Shown here in pieces: positions 10,398-20,696 of a stretch of DNA of 64,000 nucleotides. The stretch spans positions 3,136,001-3,200,000 of the forward strand of contig JASGHJ010000002.1 in the NCBI GenBank assembly GCA_047602405.1, written 5' to 3'. Position 1 is the stretch's first letter. Each line of letters starts with the position of its first letter. The notes beneath the pieces were generated by a model, which was not told the DNA's origin, did not search any database, and was given only the letters and a program-made list of their open reading frames with translations. The stretch comes from Anaeromyxobacteraceae bacterium. Its GTDB lineage: Bacteria; Myxococcota; Myxococcia; Myxococcales; Anaeromyxobacteraceae. The translations under genes were made by a program, and so were the position numbers.

Positions 10398-11542
10398 TCT
10401 ACCTCGACCACAACGCGATCACGCCCGTCCGGCCCGCGGCGAAGGCCGCGGTCGCCGCCGCGCTCGAGGTCTACGGCAACCCCTCCTCCGTCCACGCCGC
10501 CGGCCGCGCCGCGCGCGACCTCCTCGACGTGGCGCGCGCGCAGGCCGCCCGCGCGCTCGGCGCCGCCCCGTCCGAGCTCGTCTTCACGAGCGGCGCCACC
10601 GAGTCGGCCACGATTGCGATCCGCGGCGTGCTGGGCGCGGCGCCGCCCGGCCGGCGCCGGCTGGTCGTGACCTCGGTCGAGCACCCGTGCGTGCTGTCGC
10701 TCGCGCGCGCGCTCGAGAAGGCCGGCACGCCGGTGACCGTGGTCCCGGTGAACGGCCGCGGGGTGGTCGAGCTCGAGACGTGGCGCGCCGCGCTCGGGCC
10801 GGACGTGGCGCTCGCCTGCGCGATGCGCGCGAACAACGAGACCGGCGTGCTCCTCCCGGTGGGCCTGCTCGGCGCGGCGGCCCGCGAGGCGGGCGCGCTC
10901 TTCTTCTGCGACGCGACCCAGGCGGTCGGGAAGATCCCCGTCGACGTGCGCACCCTCGGCGCCGACCTCGCCGCGCTCACCGGCCAGAAGCTGGGCGGGC
11001 CGCGCGGCGCGGGCGCGCTGTGGGTCCGGCCCGGCTTCCCGCTCGCGCCGGTCGCCGGCGGCGAGCAGGAGCGCGGCCGCCGCGCCGGCACCGAGAACCT
11101 GCCGGGCATCGCCGGGCTCGCGGCGGCGCTCGAGGTCGCGACCGGGGCGGTGGAGGCCGAGGGCCCCCGGCTCGCGCGGCTGCGCGACCGGCTCGAGGCG
11201 GGCCTCGTCGCGGCGGTGCCGGACGCGCGCGTGAACGGCGCGGGCGCGGAGCGCCTCCCGAACACGGCGTCCATGACGTTCCTGGGCTGCGACGCCGAGG
11301 CGCTCCTCATGGCGATGGACCTCGAGGGCGTCTGCGCGAGCGCGGGCTCCGCGTGCCACTCGGGATCGACGAAGCCGTCGGGCGTGCTGCTCGCGCTCGG
11401 GCTCTCCGAGGAGGAGGCCCGCTCGACGATCCGGTTCTCGGTCGGGTGGACGTCGACCGAGGCCGAGGTGGACGAGGCGTTCCGGAAGATCCCGGCGCTG
11501 GTGGCGCGGGTCCGCGCGGAGATCCCGCGGGTCGGGCATTAG
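10394..11542 (+). CDS. Cysteine desulfurase (IscS/NifS family)
   Basis: IYLDHNA, GNPSSVH, FTSGATE, NNETG, SAGSACHSG; apparent CTG start overlapping upstream TGA. Confidence 0.92.
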   Translation: MIYLDHNAITPVRPAAKAAVAAALEVYGNPSSVHAAGRAARDLLDVARAQAARALGAAPSELVFTSGATESATIAIRGVLGAAPPGRRRLVVTSVEHPCVLSLARALEKAGTPVTVVPVNGRGVVELETWRAALGPDVALACAMRANNETGVLLPVGLLGAAAREAGALFFCDATQAVGKIPVDVRTLGADLAALTGQKLGGPRGAGALWVRPGFPLAPVAGGEQERGRRAGTENLPGIAGLAAALEVATGAVEAEGPRLARLRDRLEAGLVAAVPDARVNGAGAERLPNTASMTFLGCDAEALLMAMDLEGVCASAGSACHSGSTKPSGVLLALGLSEEEARSTIRFSVGWTSTEAEVDEAFRKIPALVARVRAEIPRVGH

Positions 11543-11543
11543 C

Positions 11544-11592
11544 GCGCCCCTCGTCTCCGCCGCCTCCGGCGGCTACGCTCGGGGCTGACGGG
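11544..11592 (-). repeat. REP-like element copy
   Basis: Reverse strand cccgagcGTAGccgccggaggcggcggagacgaggggcg, between convergent genes. Confidence 0.75.
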
Positions 11593-11621
11593 GCCGAGGG
11601 GGCGACGGCCGCCGCGTCCGG

Positions 11622-12533
11622 TCACTTCACCCCGAACAGCCCGCGCACCACCGCCGCGATGGCGAGCGGCGTCCCGATCGACGGGTCGTACTGCGCGGCG
11701 ATCTCCTTCGCGAGCTCGAGCGCGGACGGCCAGCGCTCGGCGGGGTCGGCCGCGAGGCAACGCAGCACGATCGCGTCGACCTCGAACGACAGCTCCGGCC
11801 GCACCTCGGAGGGCGCCCGGAGCGCGCCCTGCAGGATCTTCTGCGCGACCGCGTTCACGTCGGTGCCCGGGTAGGCCCGCTCGTTCGTGAGCGCCTCGAA
11901 GAGCAGGCACCCGAGCGAGAAGACGTCGGAGCGCGGCGACGGGTTCCCGCCCCGGAGCAGCTCGGGCGCGAGGTAGCTCACCTTGCCGTGCACGCCGCCC
12001 ACCCGGATCCGCGTGGTGGGCGTGACCGCGACGCCGAAGTCGCCGAGCTTCACCTCGCCGTTCTTGGAGATGAAGACGTTCGAGGGGGACACGTCGCAAT
12101 GGACGACGCCGAGCGGCTTCCCGTCCCGGTCGGCGCCGTCGTGCGCGTGGGCGAGCGCGTCCGCGACCACGTGGCCCACGTAGAGCGAGAAGTCCGCCGG
12201 CAGGAGGATCCGGCGCTCCGCGCAGCGGGCGATGACCTCCTTGAGGTTCCGCCCGTCGACGTACTCCATGACGATGTAGGGCGTGCCGTCGGCGACGCCC
12301 GCGTCGAGCACCTCGACGATGGCCGGGTGGGCGAGCCGGCGGGTGACGAGCGCCTCCTGCTCGAGCATCGCCACGTACTCGGGATCGCTCGCGAGCTCCG
12401 GCAGGAGGCGCTTCACCGCGACCTCGCGGCCGGCCTTCGGCCCTTCCACCACGACGCCCTGCCACACCTCGGCCATCCCCCCGCGACCGACGAGGTTGCC
12501 GAGCGCGCAGCCGGCGAAGAGCACGGGCGCCAT
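11622..12533 (-). CDS. Hanks-type Ser/Thr protein kinase
   Basis: GRGGMAEV, VAVKRL, HCDVSPSN, DFG, YLAPE, DVFSLG. Confidence 0.95.
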   Translation of the reverse strand: MAPVLFAGCALGNLVGRGGMAEVWQGVVVEGPKAGREVAVKRLLPELASDPEYVAMLEQEALVTRRLAHPAIVEVLDAGVADGTPYIVMEYVDGRNLKEVIARCAERRILLPADFSLYVGHVVADALAHAHDGADRDGKPLGVVHCDVSPSNVFISKNGEVKLGDFGVAVTPTTRIRVGGVHGKVSYLAPELLRGGNPSPRSDVFSLGCLLFEALTNERAYPGTDVNAVAQKILQGALRAPSEVRPELSFEVDAIVLRCLAADPAERWPSALELAKEIAAQYDPSIGTPLAIAAVVRGLFGVK

Positions 12534-12539
12534 CGGCGG

Positions 12540-13466
12540 CTACTTGTGCCTCGAGAGCGCCCGGTAGGCCGGCTCGCCGCGCAGGGAGTCGAGGTCCTCG
12601 TCGTGGTCCATCGAGTCGGCGGTGACGTAGCCGTTGAGCGCCGCGATCTGCAGGTACCGGAGCGCCAGATCCTTCTCGCCCTGCAGGGCGTAGATGCAGG
12701 CCATGTTGTAGTAGGCGTCGCCGAAGTCGGGGTTCACCGCCAGCGACCGCTTGTACCAGTCGAGCGCGCGCGGGAAGTCGTTGCGCATGCGGTAGGTGAC
12801 GCCCACGCCGTTGTAGGCCTCGGGCACCGTCGCGTCCTCGTGGAGGGCGGCGAGGAAGCGGCGGCGCGCCTGCTCGAAGTTGCCCTCCTGCAGGTAGGCG
12901 AGGCCGTCCTTCAGCTCCTCGCGGGCGCGCTCCCGCGCGGCGCGCCGGTCGCCCGCCGCGGGCGCCTTCGGGCGCGGCGGCCGCGGCGGCGGCCGCTCGG
13001 TCGCGGCGACGGGCTCGGGGTCGGGCTCGACGACCGGCAACGGCGCCGGCCTCGCGCCGGGCCGGTTGAAGGTCATGCCGCCGTTCTTGCCCGCCGGGCC
13101 CTTGCAGCCCTTCGGCAGGTGCACCGCGCCGGCGAGGCCGGCGTCGCCGACGAGGAGCACCGCGCTCGCCCAGGCCTCCTTCTGCTTGCAGCCGGGCGAC
13201 TTGAAGAGCGGCATCCGGAGCTGCCCCGCGAGCGAGTCGTCGAGCAGGGTCGCCTTCAGGATCTCGTCGCCGGGCTGGAGCGGCAGGCCTTCGGTCGGCG
13301 AGAGGACGGTGCCCTTCCACGCGGCGCCGTCCGCGACGATGCGCACGCGCCCGAGCGGCGAGTCGTACTCGCCGGCGACCGCCGGCGTCGCGGCCGTGGC
13401 GGAGGCGGCGTGTGCGGCGGCGTAGGCCGCGGCGAGGATCGCGAGGAAGTTCGAGGGGACGCGCAC
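12540..13466 (-). CDS. Exported TPR-repeat protein
   Basis: Signal peptide, Pro-rich linker, AYNGVG...AYYNMACIYAL TPR repeats. Confidence 0.85.
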   Translation of the reverse strand: MRVPSNFLAILAAAYAAAHAASATAATPAVAGEYDSPLGRVRIVADGAAWKGTVLSPTEGLPLQPGDEILKATLLDDSLAGQLRMPLFKSPGCKQKEAWASAVLLVGDAGLAGAVHLPKGCKGPAGKNGGMTFNRPGARPAPLPVVEPDPEPVAATERPPPRPPRPKAPAAGDRRAARERAREELKDGLAYLQEGNFEQARRRFLAALHEDATVPEAYNGVGVTYRMRNDFPRALDWYKRSLAVNPDFGDAYYNMACIYALQGEKDLALRYLQIAALNGYVTADSMDHDEDLDSLRGEPAYRALSRHK

Positions 13467-13504
13467 GGGGGCATTCTATCCTCCCTCTGGGCCCCCACCG
13501 TCGC

Positions 13505-13533
13505 TTGACACCCGGGCTCCGGGGCCCTAGGAT
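13505..13533 (+). promoter_or_regulatory. Sigma70 promoter upstream of 6S RNA-ygfA
   Basis: TTGACA-N17-TAGGAT. Confidence 0.7.
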
Positions 13534-13613
13534 CCCATCATCAAAACTTCCCGTGAATCCGGGCGGTTATAGCTCTTTTCCAGGTCTGCCTGCGGCGACG
13601 CAGGCAACAAGCT

Positions 13614-13801
13614 GCCCCTGCAGAGCGCGTGATTGGGCCTCGAGTCGTTTGGGCCGACTTTGAACCAAGCGGAGCGTCCGACCACACCCATGTGCAAGCT
13701 CCCAGCTTCGAGGGAGAAGCCTACGGGCGCTGGTGACACGGATGCCCCACCTGTAGAAATACAGGTCCAAGCAACCGGGCCACACGGCTCACGCGGGGGG
13801 C
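13614..13801 (+). ncRNA. ssrS: 6S RNA
   Basis: ~190 nt non-coding segment with paired ends (gcccctgcagagcgcgtg / cacggctcacgcgggggg-c), tttgaacc core, directly upstream of ygfA and followed by a T run. Confidence 0.8.
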
Positions 13802-13850
13802 TTTTTTTCTGTCCTCGGACCTGACCAGGCCCACCCAGACGAAGGCGTCC

Positions 13851-14414
13851 GTGCGCGCGGAGGTGATCGCGCGGCGCGCGACGCTCTCGCAGGACGCGCA
13901 CGCGGCGCTGTCGCGGGCCGCCTGCGAGCGCCTCCTCGCCCACCCGCTCCTCCGCGAGGCCCGCACCGTGGCCCTCTACGCCGCCCTCGGCAAGGAGCTC
14001 GACCCGGCCGGCGCCGCGGACGCCCTCCTCGCGCGCGGCGTCCGCGTCGTCTACCCGCGCCTCCGCGCCGGCGAGCGGCGCATGGCCTTCGCGGCGTGTC
14101 CGCGCACGGCGCTCGTCGTCGGGCCGCTGAAGGCGCTCGAGCCGCCGCCGGACGCGCCGGAGCTCGACGGCGCCGAGGTCGACGTGATCGTCGTCCCCGC
14201 GGTCGCGTTCACGCCCGACGGTCATCGCCTCGGCCGCGGCGGCGGCTACTACGACGCCACCCTCGCCGCCGCGCCGCGCGCCCGCCGGGTCGGCCTCGCC
14301 TTCGACCTGCAGGTCGTGCCCGCGCTGCCGCGCGAGGACCACGACGCGACGGTCGACGCCGTCGTCACCGAGCTGCGCACCCTCTCCCCCGCCTCCGGAG
14401 TGCCCACGCGATGA
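13851..14414 (+). CDS. ygfA: 5-formyltetrahydrofolate cyclo-ligase
   Basis: VPAVAF...GHRLGRGGGYYD, HDATVD. Confidence 0.93.
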   Translation: MRAEVIARRATLSQDAHAALSRAACERLLAHPLLREARTVALYAALGKELDPAGAADALLARGVRVVYPRLRAGERRMAFAACPRTALVVGPLKALEPPPDAPELDGAEVDVIVVPAVAFTPDGHRLGRGGGYYDATLAAAPRARRVGLAFDLQVVPALPREDHDATVDAVVTELRTLSPASGVPTR

Positions 14415-15206
14415 AGATCCTGTTCCTCGGCGACGTGTTCGCGAAGCCCGGCCGCAACGCGGTGACGCGCCTCGTGCCGAAGCTGATCACGACGGAGGGA
14501 CTCGACCTCGTGGTCGCGAACGCCGAGAACGTCGCGAACGGCTCGGGCGTGACCCCGGAGCTCGCCGAGGAGCTCCTCGCCGCGGAGGTGAACCTCCTCA
14601 CGAGCGGGAACCACATCTGGTCGAAGCGCGAGAATCATCCCGTACCTCGAGGCGCCGGGCTCGAAGCTGCTCCGCCCCGCGAACTACCCGAAGGGCAGCC
14701 CCGGCCGCGGCAGCGCCATCGTCGAGACCCCGGACGGCCGGAAGCTCGGCGTCGTGAACGTCGAGGGGCGGGTGTTCATGAAGAACCTCGACGACCCGTT
14801 CCGCCGCGCCGAGGAGGAGGTCCAGGCGCTCAAGGCCCAGGGCGCGGTCGCGATCCTCGTCGACGTGCACTGCGAGGCCTCGAGCGAGAAGAACGCGCTC
14901 GGGCACTTCTTCGACGGCCGGGTCTCGGCGGTCGTCGGCACGCACACGCACATCCAGACCGCCGACGAGCGCGTGCTCCCCGGCGGCACCGCCTACATCA
15001 CCGACGTCGGCATGTGCGGCCCGTGGGACTCGGTGATCGGCGTGAAGAAGGAGCTCGTGCTCGACCGGTTCCTCACGCAGCGCCCGGTGGGCTTCGAGCC
15101 CGCGCGCCGGGACGTGCACCTGCAGGGCGCGATCATCGAGATCGACGAGAAGACCGGGAAGGCCCGGTCGATCCGGCGGGTGCAGGAGCGGCTGCCGGAC
15201 GAGTAG
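14411..15206 (+). CDS. ymdB: TIGR00282/YmdB metallophosphoesterase (+1 frameshift at 14632-14636, probably artefact)
   Basis: LFLGDV, NAEN, TSGNH, DVHCEASSEK, GTHTH, TDVGMCGP; removing one A from GAATC joins the two frames. Confidence 0.9.
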
Positions 15207-15235
15207 CCCCGGCCAGCGCGGCCCTGGTTCAAGGC

Positions 15236-15290
15236 CCGTTCGTCCCGAGCGTAGGGCCCGCGCAGCGGGCCCGGAGACGAGGGACGCCCC
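15236..15290 (+). repeat. REP-like element copy
   Basis: ccgttcgtcccgagcGTAGggcccgcgcagcgggcccggagacgagggacgccc, between convergent genes. Confidence 0.85.
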
Positions 15291-15293
15291 CGG

Positions 15294-16556
15294 TCACTCC
15301 ACCACCAGCATCGCGTGGTTCCGCTTCCCCTTCTGCACCATCAGGTAGCGCCCGTGCAGGAGGTCCGCGCTCCCGAGCGTCCGCTCTGGCGCGGCGACGA
15401 CCTCGCCGTTCACGAGGAAGCCCTTCCCCTGGATGCCGCGCTTCGCGTCGCCCTTCGAGGACGCGAGCCCGCTCTTCACGAGCGCGTCGAGCACGCCGAG
15501 CCCCTCGAGCTCCGCGCGTCCGACCTTCACGCTCGCGAGCTCCCGCTCGAGGAGCGCGAGCACGTCCCTCGAGACCTCGCGGATCCCGCCGCCGCCGAAG
15601 AGCACCTTCGCGGCCGCCTCCACGTTCCGGAGCACGGCCTCGCCGTGGATGCGGGTCGTCATCTCCTCGGCGAGCCGGCGCTGGGCGGGGCGCTTCCCCG
15701 GGTCGCGCGCCTGCTCGTCCATGAGGCCGCGGATCTCCTCGATGGAGAAGAACGTGAAGTAGCGCAGCCACCGCTCGACGTCGCGGTCGTCGGAGTTCAC
15801 CCAGAACTGGAAGAACTTGTACGGGGAGGTCTTCTGCGGGTCGAGGTAGACCGCGCCCTCCTCCGACTTGCCGAACTTCGCCCCGGAGGCGGTGGTGAGG
15901 AGCGGGAGCGTGAGGCCGTGGACGGAGGCGCCCTCGCGCCGGCCGATGAGCTCGGTCCCGGCGGTGATGTTGCCCCACTGATCGGAGCCGCCCATCTGCA
16001 GCTCGCAGCGCTCGGTCTTCCAGAGGTGCCAGAAGTCGTACGCCTGGATGAGCATGTACGTGAACTCGGTGAACGACATGCCGGTCTCCATCCGGCTCTT
16101 CACCGAGTCCTTCGCGAGCATGTAGTTGATGGTGAAGTGCTTGCCCGCGTCGCGGAGGAACTCCATCAGGCCGAGCGGGCGGAGCCAGTCGGCGTTGTTG
16201 CGCACCCGCGCCGCGTTGGGGCCCTCGAAGCGGAGGAACCGCTCGAGCTGGGCCTTCTGGCAGGCGACGTTGTGGTCGATCTGCTCGAGCGCGAGCACCG
16301 GGCGCTCGGCGCGCTTGCCCGACGGGTCGCCGACCATGCCGGTGCCGCCGCCGACGAGCACGATGGGCGTGCCGCCGCAGCGCTGCAGCCAGCCGAGCGC
16401 CATGACCGGCACGAGGTTGCCGACGTGGAGCGAGTCCGCGGTCGGGTCGAAGCCCACGTAGCCGGTGATGGAACCGGCCGCGAGGCGGTCCTCGAGGCCG
16501 GGGGTGTGGTCGGAAAGGAAGTCGCGGGCCTTCAGCTCTTCGATCAGCGTCGCCAT
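15294..16556 (-). CDS. tyrS: Tyrosyl-tRNA synthetase
   Basis: [32 protein letters not shown]-terminal S4 domain. Confidence 0.98.
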   Translation of the reverse strand: MATLIEELKARDFLSDHTPGLEDRLAAGSITGYVGFDPTADSLHVGNLVPVMALGWLQRCGGTPIVLVGGGTGMVGDPSGKRAERPVLALEQIDHNVACQKAQLERFLRFEGPNAARVRNNADWLRPLGLMEFLRDAGKHFTINYMLAKDSVKSRMETGMSFTEFTYMLIQAYDFWHLWKTERCELQMGGSDQWGNITAGTELIGRREGASVHGLTLPLLTTASGAKFGKSEEGAVYLDPQKTSPYKFFQFWVNSDDRDVERWLRYFTFFSIEEIRGLMDEQARDPGKRPAQRRLAEEMTTRIHGEAVLRNVEAAAKVLFGGGGIREVSRDVLALLERELASVKVGRAELEGLGVLDALVKSGLASSKGDAKRGIQGKGFLVNGEVVAAPERTLGSADLLHGRYLMVQKGKRNHAMLVVE

Positions 16557-16571
16557 GAGAGGGCGCGCATC

Positions 16572-17183
16572 TTACTTCTTTTCGGCCCCCTTGAAGCCCG
16601 TCCCGAGCACGTAGATCTCGTAGCTCGCCTCGCGGGTCGCCATCGGCCGCACGACCTTCACCTTCTCGAACCGCGCCTGCAGGTCCTTCTTCAGGGCCGG
16701 GAAGTCGCCGCCCAGGAACAGCTTCGCGACGAAGGAGCCGCCCTTCACGAGGAGCTGGTCGGAGACCGCGAGCGCCATCCGCACGAGCTCGAGCGAGCGC
16801 GTCTCGTCGACGACCTTCACGCCGATGGTCTTCGGCGCCATGTCGCTCGTGACGAGCCGGTACGGCCCGGGGTGCAGCGCGCGGATCTTCTGGATGGCGT
16901 CGGGCGCGAGGAGGTCGACGACGGCGGTCCTGACCCACTTCTTCCCCAGGTTGCGGATGGGCTCGAGGTCGACGCCGACCGCGACGCCCTTCTCGCCGAC
17001 CGCCTCGGCCAGGATCTGGAGGAAGCCTCCCGGAGCGGCCCCGAGGTCGAGCACCGCCTCGCCGGGCCTGACCAGCTTGTGCTTGTGGAGGATCTCCTCG
17101 ATCTTGAAGGCCGAGCGCGCGCGCAGGCCGGCCTTCTTGGCCTTGCGGTAGTAGAAGTCCTTCGGATCGTAGGGCTTGGCCAT
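16572..17183 (-). CDS. rlmE: 23S rRNA Um2552 methyltransferase
   Basis: RARSAFKI, LDLGAAPGG, SDMAP, FVAK, SYEIY. Confidence 0.93.
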   Translation of the reverse strand: MAKPYDPKDFYYRKAKKAGLRARSAFKIEEILHKHKLVRPGEAVLDLGAAPGGFLQILAEAVGEKGVAVGVDLEPIRNLGKKWVRTAVVDLLAPDAIQKIRALHPGPYRLVTSDMAPKTIGVKVVDETRSLELVRMALAVSDQLLVKGGSFVAKLFLGGDFPALKKDLQARFEKVKVVRPMATREASYEIYVLGTGFKGAEKK

Positions 17184-17327
17184 GGCTCGGTGAGGGCGTG
17201 CGGTGTGCGGTCCCTCACTTCGCGGTGACGGACGTCGCTGGTATCCTGCGGGCCTGTCCCTGCCGTCAAGCGCCTGGTCTCTCGAACAACCGCCTCCACA
17301 CCCGCCCTCCCGCAGCCCTCCGGAACG

Positions 17328-17684
17328 ATGACCCGCCTGTCCGCCGCCCTCTTCCTCGCGCTCGCGGCCGGCGGCGTCGGCCTCGCCGTGCACACGACCC
17401 GCCGGGTCGACGCGCTCGAGGCCGAGCTCGCCGAGGCCCGGCGCGAGGGCTCGGAGGCCGGCGCGTCGTTCGTGGAGACCCTGCGGGGCGAGCACGCCGA
17501 GCGGCAGCGGGTGCTGTTCGAGCGCCGGCGGGTGCTCGCGCTCGACCTCGCCGCCGCCCGGCGGGACCGGCTGCTCGCCATCCTGGGCGCCGCCGGGGCC
17601 GGACTGATGGCCGGGGCGCTCATCCTCCTCCGCCGCATCGCGGCCGAGATCGAGGAGGACCGCAGGCACCTCCAAGGCTCGTAA
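17328..17684 (+). CDS. Small membrane protein, two hydrophobic segments around a coiled coil
   Basis: ORF with host-like codon usage and terminal TM segments. Confidence 0.65.
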   Translation: MTRLSAALFLALAAGGVGLAVHTTRRVDALEAELAEARREGSEAGASFVETLRGEHAERQRVLFERRRVLALDLAAARRDRLLAILGAAGAGLMAGALILLRRIAAEIEEDRRHLQGS

Positions 17685-17844
17685 ACTCGCACCTTTGCGG
17701 TCCACGTTCCGTCCTCATGAGACCCGGGCGCTGTGCCTTGACGGACCGCTCCGCGCGTGGGAAGAAGCGGGTCCCCGGGAGGGTTGGGTCTGAAAGGACG
17801 GCCCCACCCCACAGGCCAGCCCCCGAGCAAGGAGACCGCGAGCG

Positions 17845-18153
17845 ATGGCGACGTTCATCACCGAGGAGTGCATCAACTGCGGCGCGTGCGAGCCTGAGTG
17901 CCCGAACGGCGCCATCAGCCAGGGTGACGACATCTACGTCATCAACCCCGAGCTGTGCACCGAGTGCGTCGGCTTCCACGACGCCGAGGCGTGCGCCGCG
18001 GTGTGCCCCGTCGACTGCTGCGTCCAGGATCCGAACCGGCAGGAGACCGAGGAGCAGAACTACGCGAAGCTCGCCAAGGTCCACGCCGGCAAGGAGTTCC
18101 CGGCGCTCGCCGCGCTGCCCGCGACCCTGTCGCGCTTCCGCAAGAGCGCCTAG
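17845..18153 (+). CDS. YfhL-family 2x[4Fe-4S] ferredoxin
   Basis: CINCGACEPECP and CTECVG...CAAVCPVDCC; AGGAG RBS. Confidence 0.93.
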   Translation: MATFITEECINCGACEPECPNGAISQGDDIYVINPELCTECVGFHDAEACAAVCPVDCCVQDPNRQETEEQNYAKLAKVHAGKEFPALAALPATLSRFRKSA

Positions 18154-18177
18154 CCGGCTGCTCGCAGCGAAGCACGA

Positions 18178-18220
18178 GAAGCCCCGCACGCCTTCGATGG
18201 CGCGCGGGGCTTCGTCGTTT
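18178..18220 (+). terminator. Intrinsic terminator after ferredoxin
   Basis: gaagccccgcacgcc-ttcgat-ggcgcgcggggcttc then gtcgttt. Confidence 0.65.
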
Positions 18221-18268
18221 CGGCCCTGGCCTTCCGTGCTCGAGGGAAACACGGAGCGGTCCCTCACT

Positions 18269-18320
18269 CCGTTCGTCCCGAGCGTAGGCCCGCGCAGCGG
18301 GCCGGAGACGAGGGACGCCC
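18269..18320 (+). repeat. REP-like element copy
   Basis: Nearly identical to 15236-15290 with the stem one bp shorter on each arm. Confidence 0.85.
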
Positions 18321-19055
18321 TACCTGATCCCGAACACGAGCTCCACGCTCGTCGAGACCTCGAGCTCGCCCGGCTCGACCGGCGCGCCCTGGTCCTCCGC
18401 CTTCCCGCGCATCGCCATCGCCATCATCGGCATCGGCACGGGACGCCCGCCCCCGCCCTCGTCGATGGAGAGCACCTCGCCGAGCCCCACGCCCGCGGCG
18501 GTGGCGAGCGCCTCCGCCTTCGCGCGCGCGGCGACGACCGCCTTCTGGAGCGCCTCGCGCTGCGCCGGCCCCGGGTCCTCCCGCTCGAACGACACGCCAT
18601 CCACCGAGTTCCCGCCCACCGCGGTGATGCGGGAGAGGATTCTGCGGGAGGTCGGCGAGCTTTCGCACCGTGATGCGCGCGGTGTTCGTCGCGGTGTAGC
18701 CGGTGACCGCGCCCTGGCGCCCGTTCACCCAGGGTCGCTCGGCGGCGAGCTGGAACTGGCTCGTCTGGATGTCCTTCTCGGCGACGCCCGCCTTCGCGAG
18801 GTCCGCGAGCACCGCGCGCATCCGCGCCTCGGCGTCGGCGGTCGTGGACTTCACGTCCTTGCCGGTGATCTGCACGCCGGCGGTGACGCGGGCGATGTCC
18901 GGCTTCACCTGCACCTTGCCCTCCCCCGTGACGCGGATGGTGCGGAGCGGCTGGGCGGGCTGGGTCATGGTCGGCGGCGGTGGGCGAGGCGTCTGCGCGG
19001 CGGCCGGGCCGGCGCAGGCGGCGAGGGTGAGGAGGACGGCGGCGTGGGTTCGCAT
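18320..19055 (-). CDS. SIMPL/DUF541 periplasmic protein (+1 frameshift at 18638-18642, probably artefact)
   Basis: TIRVTGEGKVQVKPD, DIQTS, A..AARAKAEALA, PGELEV. Confidence 0.88.
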
Positions 19056-19196
19056 GGTGGGGTCTCCGGGTGGCTTTCCCCGTGTAACGCAGGACCGGAC
19101 CTGGCGATCTCTCACGGGAGGGGCCCGGGGAACCGCTTCCAGTCCGCCGTTGACCCAGTCCTTTCGCGATGCTACGTACACGCTCCCTGCAGCACC

Positions 19197-19273
<77 letters not shown>

Positions 19274-19276
19274 CAT

Positions 19277-19326
19277 AAGCCCCCGTCACTACTAGGGATT
19301 CGTCCCGGGGTGACGGGGGCTTCTTC
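19277..19326 (+). terminator. Hairpin terminator after tRNA-Pro
   Basis: aagcccccgtcac...gtgacgggggcttcttc. Confidence 0.7.
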
Positions 19327-19486
19327 GTGCCCATGCGCGGTGGGGTGACGAACGGGGTGACGGCGTCGCCCGCGCGGCGCTGCTCGGCCTCTCAGTGCAC
19401 ACGGTCCTGACGGCCGCCGCGACCATCGGACAACCCGCGATCGACATGGCCCTGTAGTAGCCTGTACCGAACGTGAGGACCTCTCG

Positions 19487-20658
19487 ATGATCCACCATCT
19501 CTGGATGAAGAACTTCGGCCCGTACGAGAGCGCTGACGTGGAGCTCGGCGGGTTCAACGTGATCCTCGGCACGAACGGCTCAGGGAAGTCGCTGCTGTTC
19601 GGGGCGCTCAAGGCGATCGGCCGCATCGCGCGCTTCCCCCTTCGCTCTGCACGGCCCCACCTGGATGGCTACCCGACTCGTACCGGTCACGTGACCTTCG
19701 ACGAGATCGTCCACCGTTGTGACACCTCGCGCACGATGCGCCTCGGCGTGAAGTTCACCACGAAGGAGGTCAGCGGGGAATACGAGGTCGCCGTCGGTCA
19801 CTGGCACAACCCCGGCGGAGTCGTAGTCTCGGAACGCCTCCACGCCAAGAATGCACTGGGGGAACTGAAGATCAGCGCCCACCCCGACGGCAGCCTCGAT
19901 GCTGAGCCAGCATTGTCGATGCCCACCGGGAGGTTCCGTACCCCCCGCGTCGTCTCAATCCCTGGCCTCCTCTTTCGCTCCAGGGATCCCAGGGAGGCAG
20001 CGATCGCGGAGCAGGTGCAGAAGGCTCTCTCTGAGAGGACGACCATCTACAGGTTCGACCCGACGGCACTCAAGGCGCCCGCGGAAGTAGGCAAGGCGCT
20101 TTCACCCACGGGCTACAACTTCGCTACGTACCTCGATCAGAATCCGAAATCAAGCGGGAGGCAAGCAGGAGTTTGACGCGCTGTTGGATCGGTTCAGATC
20201 CGCGTGCCCGCACGTCGAGGACATCTTGCTGCCCTTTGAAGAAGGGCCGTCGGCTAGCACACCCCGGAAGCGACTCGCCTTGGTCATGCCCGGTGAATCG
20301 ACCCCGAATCCCCGGCGACCTGGAAAGCGACGGGACGATCCTCTTGCTCGCGTACGCGTCGCTCCTGCACGGCCACCGCGCTCAGGAGACTCTTTGCATC
20401 GAGGAGCCTGAGAACGGCATTCACCCGAAGGCTGTGGCTCATCAGGTCCGAATGCTGCGCCAGCTCTCACAGCCCTACAATGACCGACCTGGCGCCCAGG
20501 TACTCATCTGTACACACTCCAAGCGCTTCTTCGACGAGGTGAAGGACGACCCCTCGGTTCTGCGCCTCGTTCGGAGGGGTGGTGACGGGCGCTCGTCGGT
20601 CGAGACACCGAGCCCAACTCAGGTCGCTGCTCTGGCCGGTTGGGCTGGGTTGAGTTGA
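19487..20658 (+). CDS. ABC-class (AAA_21/AbiEii-like) ATPase; two +1 frameshifts at GAATC sites, probably artefacts
   Basis: MKNFGPY, Walker A GTNGSGKS, signature ESDG, Walker B CIEEPENGIHP, CTHS spread over ORFs 19487, 20184 and 20173. Confidence 0.85.
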
Positions 20659-20664
20659 TGACAG

Positions 20665-20692
20665 TTGACAGCGGCCTCGGGAATCGCATAAT
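20665..20692 (+). promoter_or_regulatory. Sigma70-like promoter
   Basis: TTGACA-N16-CATAAT just after the ATPase stop. Confidence 0.65.
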
Positions 20693-20696
20693 TCAG

